DNA of 64,000 bases from Gemmatimonadales bacterium (lineage in GTDB: Bacteria > Gemmatimonadota > Gemmatimonadetes > Gemmatimonadales > GWC2-71-9). Shown one piece after another: positions 58,474 to 64,000 of the stretch. The notes under the pieces are model-generated. The model searched no databases and had not been told where the DNA came from. It saw nothing but the letters and a program-made list of their open reading frames with translations. The translations under genes were made by a program, and so were the position numbers. The stretch's first letter is position 1, and each line of letters opens with the position of its first letter. The DNA lies in contig JBBCJC010000003.1 of assembly GCA_037189525.1 (NCBI GenBank), forward strand, positions 128,001-192,000. The letters run 5' to 3'.

Positions 58474-59220
58474 ATGGGTGTAGATATTCTCGCGCTGTAC
58501 GAGCATGCGAACACCTTCGCCCGCGCGATCGTGTGGATCATGATCTTCATGTCGTTCTTCTCGCTCACAGTCGCGATCGGCAAGCTGATCAAGATCTTCA
58601 AGGCGATGGCGGCGACGCGGAAGTTTGCTCCGCAGTTCTCGCGGGCCATTCAGGAAGAGCAACTCGACCAGGCCATCGCGCTGGCTGAGAAGAACCAGCA
58701 GAGCCATGTCGCTCGCGTGCTGGGCGGCGCCCTCACCGAGGTGAAGCCGTTGCTCCGCGACCGGGCCACCATCACCGCGGCCGACATCAACTCCGCCGAG
58801 CGCGCCGTCGAGCGGCAGATGCTGATCACCCTCGCCGACTTCAAGCGCGGCCTGGGCATCCTGGCCACGGTCGGTTCGACGGCTCCGTTCGTCGGTCTGC
58901 TGGGCACCACGATGGGTATCGTGACGGCTTTCAACGCCATGACCACGGGTGGCGCGTCGGGCGGTCTGGCCGGTATCGCCGGCGGTATCTCCGAGGCCCT
59001 CATCACGACGGCGCTCGGTCTGCTCGTCGCGATCCCGGCCGTCTGGTTCTACAACTACTTCACCACCAAGATCGAGAACCTCACGGTCGAGATGACCTAC
59101 AGCTCGAAGGAACTCATCGACTACCTCATCAAGAGCGTCGGGAGCGAGTTCGGCCGGTCGATCTTCACCAAGGAGTTCCAGGCCCAGAAGGCGGTGAGCG
59201 GCAGTGGCCACATCAGTTGA
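58474..59220 (+). CDS. exbB: MotA/TolQ/ExbB proton channel
   Basis: LATVGSTAPFVGLLGTTMGI and GISEALITTALGLLVAIPAV. Confidence 0.92.
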   Translation: MGVDILALYEHANTFARAIVWIMIFMSFFSLTVAIGKLIKIFKAMAATRKFAPQFSRAIQEEQLDQAIALAEKNQQSHVARVLGGALTEVKPLLRDRATITAADINSAERAVERQMLITLADFKRGLGILATVGSTAPFVGLLGTTMGIVTAFNAMTTGGASGGLAGIAGGISEALITTALGLLVAIPAVWFYNYFTTKIENLTVEMTYSSKELIDYLIKSVGSEFGRSIFTKEFQAQKAVSGSGHIS

Positions 59221-59656
59221 AACCGCAGGCCAAACCCAGGTATCGTCGGAGCCGAACGTCATTCCGATGATCGATATCATGCTGGTGCTCCTGATCATCT
59301 TCATGATCGTGACACCGCTGATCTCGAACGGATTCGTGGCGACGATGCCTCAGGGTGAGAACCTGGACAAGCGGCCGGAGGGCGAAGGTGAAGTCGTGCT
59401 GGGTATCGACCAGAACGGCTCCTACTTCCTCAACGGCATGGCGATCCCGCAGGACGTGCTGGGCGATCAGCTCAAAGCGATCTATGCGGCGCGCCCGGAA
59501 GACAAGATCCTCTACTTCCGCGCCCACAAGGATCTCAAGTTCGAAAAGATCGAGGAATCGGTCGAGATCGCTCGGCGCGCAGGGGTACGCGTGATGGCGG
59601 CCATTACCGAAGTCGAGCAGACCGGCGGTCTGTTCGGCCCGAAGAAGGGAGAATAA
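59204..59656 (+). CDS. exbD: ExbD/TolR biopolymer transporter 1
   Basis: EPNVIPMIDIMLVLLIIFMI. Confidence 0.9.
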   Translation: MATSVETAGQTQVSSEPNVIPMIDIMLVLLIIFMIVTPLISNGFVATMPQGENLDKRPEGEGEVVLGIDQNGSYFLNGMAIPQDVLGDQLKAIYAARPEDKILYFRAHKDLKFEKIEESVEIARRAGVRVMAAITEVEQTGGLFGPKKGE

Positions 59657-59662
59657 TCCCTC

Positions 59663-60064
59663 ATGGGAATGTCCGTAGGTGGGCACGGTGGAGTGAGCGC
59701 CGAGCCGAACGTCATCCCGATGATCGACATCATGCTGGTGCTGCTGATCATCTTCATGATCTCGCAGCCGCTGGCCCGAATGGCGATCGACGTTCAGGTG
59801 CCGCCGCTCGAAACGGCTGCCAGTTCGGGGCCGTCGTCCCAGATCGTTCTCAATATTCTCGACGACGGGAATTATGAGATCAACGGGCAGCCGGTTCCGC
59901 CCGGCCAGCTCGATTCGCAGATCCATGCGATCTATGACAACCGGCCGGCCAAGCTGATCTTCATCAAGGCCGCGTCCAGTCGGACCTATCAGGACTGGAT
60001 CGACGCGTCCGACATCGTTCGCGGAGCCGGCGTCCAGGTCATCGGGTTTACGCCCAAGGCCTGA
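59663..60064 (+). CDS. exbD: ExbD/TolR biopolymer transporter 2
   Basis: EPNVIPMIDIMLVLLIIFMI, with a GGGAGA RBS. Confidence 0.9.
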   Translation: MGMSVGGHGGVSAEPNVIPMIDIMLVLLIIFMISQPLARMAIDVQVPPLETAASSGPSSQIVLNILDDGNYEINGQPVPPGQLDSQIHAIYDNRPAKLIFIKAASSRTYQDWIDASDIVRGAGVQVIGFTPKA

Positions 60065-60088
60065 GCCAAAGGTTCGATGGAAGATCGG

Positions 60089-60123
60089 GAAACGGGAGCG
60101 GGCGTCATGCCTGCTCCCGTTTC
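60089..60123 (+). terminator. Terminator hairpin after the exbD genes
   Basis: GAAACGGGAGCGGGC-GTCAT-GCCTGCTCCCGTTTC. Confidence 0.75.
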
Positions 60124-60205
60124 GCCGTTATGGCGGTCCGGCTGGCGATGGGGCCCTCGATCGACCAAGTTAAAACAATAGCCATTTCTGGGACGTACGA
60201 ACGGC

Positions 60206-61006
60206 ATGGCAACAACCAGACCCTCCGTGGTAGCCCGACCGATCGGGCTCGGGGTGCCGCGAACCCGGCGGTCACCGGCCGGGGGCGTGGTCGCCTTGCT
60301 GGTTCATGTCGTTCTGGCCCTCCTGGTCATCCGGGTCGCCCCCATCCAGCTGGCCGATTTTCGTGACGCCAGCGGCCTCGTGGACCGCGGCCAATCGGGC
60401 GGTGGGGGAGGCGGTGGTGGCCAGGTCAGGATCGTCGCCCTGCCGGCGTTCGAGGCGCCCCGAGCGGCCTCCGTGGCCGTTGCGACCCCGGTTCCGCCCC
60501 CCGTTGCGCCTGTCCCGCTCCCCACGCCGATCCAACCCGAAGTTCGCGAACCGGAGCCCACGGTCGTTGCCGCAATACCGGACACAGTGCCCAGCGCGCC
60601 GGCAACCGGTCAGCCCTCGGGTTCAGGCACCGGGTCTGGGACAGGGACTGGAACCGGTACCGGTTCGGGATCGGGGTCCGGCCGCGGGGACGGCGACGGG
60701 TCGGGGGTTGGATCGGGCAAGGGCCCCGGGATTGGCGGGACCGGGTCCGCCCGGCCTCCCGAGCCCCGGCAGCTGATCCTGCCGCCGGCCGATGTGCCCA
60801 AATCCCTGCGGGGGGTGACCCTGGCCGTCACCTTCCTGGTCGATCAACTGGGCGGGGTCGAGGAAGTGATCATTACCCCGCCGCCCTCGGATCGGGGGTT
60901 CGGTAAGAAGCTCGAGGACGTGATGAAGCACTATCGGTTCAGGCCGGCAAGGGCTCCGGACGGAGTCCCCGTGGCTGGCAGGTTAACCGTGGCGCTCACG
61001 TTCTGA
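60206..61006 (+). CDS. TonB-like protein with a Pro-rich and Gly/Ser/Thr-repeat linker
   Basis: TM helix with His (LLVHVVL), a GSGTGSGTGTGTG repeat and a C-terminal V.F.VD..G.V..YRFRPA..DG.PV domain. Confidence 0.75.
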   Translation: MATTRPSVVARPIGLGVPRTRRSPAGGVVALLVHVVLALLVIRVAPIQLADFRDASGLVDRGQSGGGGGGGGQVRIVALPAFEAPRAASVAVATPVPPPVAPVPLPTPIQPEVREPEPTVVAAIPDTVPSAPATGQPSGSGTGSGTGTGTGTGSGSGSGRGDGDGSGVGSGKGPGIGGTGSARPPEPRQLILPPADVPKSLRGVTLAVTFLVDQLGGVEEVIITPPPSDRGFGKKLEDVMKHYRFRPARAPDGVPVAGRLTVALTF

Positions 61007-61071
61007 CGTTCCCTCCGGGTGGTCGAACGGGAGCGCTCGCCTAACGCTCACATCGTTCGAATGCCCACTTC

Positions 61072-62610
61072 ATGTCTCAATTGTTTCGACGGAAATCGGT
61101 CGCCGATTTCGATCAGGATATTGCTCTGCGTGGCGGACTCCGCCGCACCCTCAACCGCTGGCATCTGACGGCCATCGGTGTCGGCGCCACCATCGGCGCC
61201 GGCATCTTTGCCACCACCGGGACCGCGATCGTCGGCGATGCCGCCCGGCCCGGCGCGGGACCCGCCATCATTCTCTCGTTTCTGCTGACGGCCGTGGCCT
61301 GCGGGTTTGCCGCGCTCTGTTACGCCGAGTTTGCCGCGATGGTGCCGGTGTCGGGCTCAGCCTATACCTACGCCTACGCGTCGCTCGGTGAGCTGGTCGC
61401 GTGGATCATCGGCTGGGACCTCGTGGTCGAGTACGCGGTCGGGAACATCGGCGTCGCGATCGGCTGGTCCGGCTACTTTCGCGAGTTGCTGAGCCACTTC
61501 GGCGTCGGGTTTCCGCCCTGGCTCAGCACCGACTTCCGTTCTGCGCAGATAGCGGCGGAGGCGGTCGCGGCCGGGGCAACCGATGCGACCAATCTGTTCC
61601 TCGCCGCGGCGGCGAGCGGGGCGCCCAAGCTGTTCGGCGTCTCCCTGATCTTCAACCTGCCGGCCTTTCTGGTGGTGGGGCTCCTGACGGTGCTGCTCGT
61701 CATCGGGATTCAGGAGTCGGCCCGGTGGAACAACGCCATGGTGCTGCTCAAGCTGGGCATCATCGTGTTCTTCTGCGGCGTCGGCGCCTTTCTGATCGAG
61801 CCGATCAACTGGACCAACCCGGCGCTCGGCGGCTTCGCACCCAACGGCTTCAAGGGGATCAGCGCCGGCGCGGCGATCATCTTCTTCAGCTATATCGGTT
61901 TCGATGCCGTATCCACCTGCGCGGAGGAAACCAAGAATCCCGCCAAGGACATGCCGTTCGGGATCATCATGAGCCTGGTCGTCTGCACCGTGGTGTACAT
62001 GGTGCTCTCGACCGTGATGACCGGGATGGCGCCCTGGAATGTGCTGGGTACGCCGGAGCCGATGATCACGGCGCTCGAGCATGCCAACGGCCCGCCGGGC
62101 CTGATCAACGCCTCACGCTTCATCGTGGCGCTGGGTGCGGTCGTGGCCATGGGGACGGTGCTGCTGGTCTTCCAGCTGGGCCAGCCGCGCATCTTCTTTG
62201 CGATGGCGCGGGATGGTTTGCTCCCGCCCGCCATGGCCAAGATTCATCCGCGCTTCAAGACGCCCTATGTCGGCACCATCCTGACCGGCCTGTTCGTGGC
62301 GACCTTTGCCGGGCTGGCCAACATCGCCGAGGTGGTCGATCTGACCAATATCGGGACGCTCTTTGCGTTCGTGCTGGTCTCGGTTGGTGTGCTGGTACTG
62401 CGGTTCAAGGAGCCCGATCGTCCGCGTCCGTTTCGGGTGCCGGGTGCGCCCTGGACGCCGTTGATTTCGATCGCGGCCTGCTTCTACCTGATGTCGGCCT
62501 TGCCGCGCATCACCTGGATTCGTTTCGGCATCTGGTTGGCCATCGGCGTCGTGGTCTACTTTGCCTACGGCTATCGCCGGAGTCGGCTCCGGGGTCGCGT
62601 CGATGCGTAG
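61072..62610 (+). CDS. APC-family amino acid permease
   Basis: IGVGATIGAGIF, GPAIILSF, LCYAEFAAMVPVSGSAYTY, FFSYIGFDAVST.AEE and RPFRVP. Confidence 0.93.
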   Translation: MSQLFRRKSVADFDQDIALRGGLRRTLNRWHLTAIGVGATIGAGIFATTGTAIVGDAARPGAGPAIILSFLLTAVACGFAALCYAEFAAMVPVSGSAYTYAYASLGELVAWIIGWDLVVEYAVGNIGVAIGWSGYFRELLSHFGVGFPPWLSTDFRSAQIAAEAVAAGATDATNLFLAAAASGAPKLFGVSLIFNLPAFLVVGLLTVLLVIGIQESARWNNAMVLLKLGIIVFFCGVGAFLIEPINWTNPALGGFAPNGFKGISAGAAIIFFSYIGFDAVSTCAEETKNPAKDMPFGIIMSLVVCTVVYMVLSTVMTGMAPWNVLGTPEPMITALEHANGPPGLINASRFIVALGAVVAMGTVLLVFQLGQPRIFFAMARDGLLPPAMAKIHPRFKTPYVGTILTGLFVATFAGLANIAEVVDLTNIGTLFAFVLVSVGVLVLRFKEPDRPRPFRVPGAPWTPLISIAACFYLMSALPRITWIRFGIWLAIGVVVYFAYGYRRSRLRGRVDA

Positions 62611-62625
62611 CTAGCCTATAGTATT

Positions 62626-63510
62626 TCACCCCGCGGTGTTCGCGAGGGCGAGACCGCCGAGCAGCGGATCGATCGGCTGCTCGGCGGGCACGAAGGGCGC
62701 CAGGATCTGGGCGGTGACCGCCTGGTGGAGCGGGCCCTCGTGTCCGATCAGCCCGCCGGTCAGCCCCACGGGCACGGAGGTCTGATCGATGAACTCCGGG
62801 GCGAGAGCGTTGACCAGCCGGGCCAACTCCGACGCGGCGCGGGTCAGGATGTCGGTGGCTACGGCGTCACCGGCTTTGGCCACCGACACGACGGTCCGGG
62901 TCAGGCTGGCAACTTCTCTCGGGCTCGCGACCGTCGACCAGCCGACGGCGTCCCGGACCGTCGGCGCCCCGATCGTCGTCATGATGCCCGCCTGCAGCTC
63001 AGTAGCGGGGCCTCGTCCGTCGACTCCCAGGCCCATGGCGCGGAGCGCTTCGCGGCCGATCCAATAGCCGGCGCCCTCGTCGCCCATCTGCCATCCGAAG
63101 CCTCCCTGGCGCACCATCCGGCTGTCCGAGGTGCGGCCGAACGCGACACTGCCGGTGCCCGCCACCAGGACCGCGCCGATCTCCGCACCGAGCGCGGCAA
63201 ACGCCAGCATCACGTCGCTCACCACCACTACCTGGGCCGCGAAGCGTTCGCGCGACAGGGTGATCCGGATCTCCTCGGCGTCGGCGGCCCGTCCCGCGCC
63301 CGCAGCCCCGACCACCAGGATGTCGGCGCGGAGCAGGTTGGCCTGGGCCAGGGCCCGCCGGGCCAGATCGGCAATCATCGTGGCCGCGACCACAGCGCGT
63401 CCGGGGCGGACTGAGGTGCCCTGGCCGCGGGTTTCGATCAGGCGCTCGCCGTCGCGGGTCACGGCAATCGAGGTTTTGCTGCCACCGACATCGGCGGTAA
63501 TGATGATCAT
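62626..63510 (-). CDS. BadF/BadG/BcrA/BcrD ATPase family sugar kinase (GlcNAc/MurNAc kinase-like)
   Basis: ADVGGSKT, VAGTGS, GGFGWQMGDEGAGYWIG and LTGG. Confidence 0.88.
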   Translation of the reverse strand: MIIITADVGGSKTSIAVTRDGERLIETRGQGTSVRPGRAVVAATMIADLARRALAQANLLRADILVVGAAGAGRAADAEEIRITLSRERFAAQVVVVSDVMLAFAALGAEIGAVLVAGTGSVAFGRTSDSRMVRQGGFGWQMGDEGAGYWIGREALRAMGLGVDGRGPATELQAGIMTTIGAPTVRDAVGWSTVASPREVASLTRTVVSVAKAGDAVATDILTRAASELARLVNALAPEFIDQTSVPVGLTGGLIGHEGPLHQAVTAQILAPFVPAEQPIDPLLGGLALANTAG

Positions 63511-63666
63511 CTGGGTACCTCGAGACCGGGTGACATCGGCCGGCAGGACCGGCGGGACGAGTGTGCGAGAGAGCGGGGAAATTGGTCGGAAACGAGGCGA
63601 CCAGCAAGCGGGGACCATGTCTGGAACCGGCCGCCTCCGATCGCAAGGTGCGCTGACGGGCCGGAT

Positions 63667-63695
63667 AAACAAAACGGGGAGCCAAAGCTCCCCGT
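63667..63695 (-). terminator. Rho-independent terminator after the iscA-like gene
   Basis: On the minus strand, ACGGGGAGC-TTTG-GCTCCCCGT-TTTGTTT. Confidence 0.8.
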
Positions 63696-63720
63696 CATCC
63701 TACCTTCGACCCGACCTAAC

Positions 63721-64000
63721 TCAGGCGTTGAAGCTGCTGCCGCACCCGCAGCCGCCGCTGGCGTTCGGATTGTCGAACGTGAAGCCTGAGCCCTGCATCG
63801 ACGAGACGTAGTCTACCGTCACGCCATTCAGGTAGGGCAGGCTGAAGCCGTCGACGAAGAGCCGGATTCCGGACACTTCGAGGAGCATATCATCCTCCTG
63901 CGGCTGCTCTTCGATGTTGAGGCTGTATTTGAACCCCGAACATCCGCCCGGCAGGACACTGACGCGCAAACCGCCCACATCCGCCGCGACATTCTCGGCT
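63721..64000 (-). CDS. HesB/IscA/ErpA A-type Fe-S carrier protein, 5'-partial
   Basis: LRVSV..GGCSGFKY and FDNPNASGGCGCGSSF; the frame runs off the window end. Confidence 0.93.
   Translation of the reverse strand, partial: AENVAADVGGLRVSVLPGGCSGFKYSLNIEEQPQEDDMLLEVSGIRLFVDGFSLPYLNGVTVDYVSSMQGSGFTFDNPNASGGCGCGSSFNA

Noticed and set aside
60619..60745. GGNWCN-type repeats as a CRISPR array or VNTR
   Set aside because: This is degenerate coding sequence for a Gly/Ser/Thr linker, with no constant repeat-spacer structure.

Overview
High-GC bacterial window. SusC/SusD pairs in a high-GC background suggest Gemmatimonadota (inference). In order: (1) the 3' end of a lasso-peptide cluster, with an asparagine-synthetase-like cyclase, a 39-aa precursor missing from the ORF track (940..1059, predicted core GGFRAEIFEIFTMRGAL) and a multi-TM hybrid histidine kinase whose sensor half shares the precursor's low-GC composition, making a candidate lasso-peptide signalling cassette; (2) a PAS kinase/response regulator pair with stress and envelope genes; (3) bioB-bioD-bioF-bioA plus an SGNH hydrolase; (4) a lipoprotein cyanophycinase, an aldo/keto reductase, tRNA-Ala(TGC) and a GspG-like pilin; (5) a cyclodeaminase/PLP lyase pair and a complete tryptophan-kynurenine-2-aminomuconate catabolic cluster; (6) three SusC/SusD pairs, two of them a tandem duplication, each preceded by the same AARATTGTATCC motif and accompanied by amidohydrolases, an acyl-CoA ligase and a CocE/NonD hydrolase rather than CAZymes; (7) SOD, a peroxiredoxin, an HK-RR-HK triad, tonB-exbB-exbD-exbD behind a Pho-box-like repeat, an amino-acid permease, a BadF-type kinase and a partial IscA/HesB gene. 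No CRISPR, rRNA, transposase or integrase was seen. All calls come from motif recognition by eye; no database searches were run.
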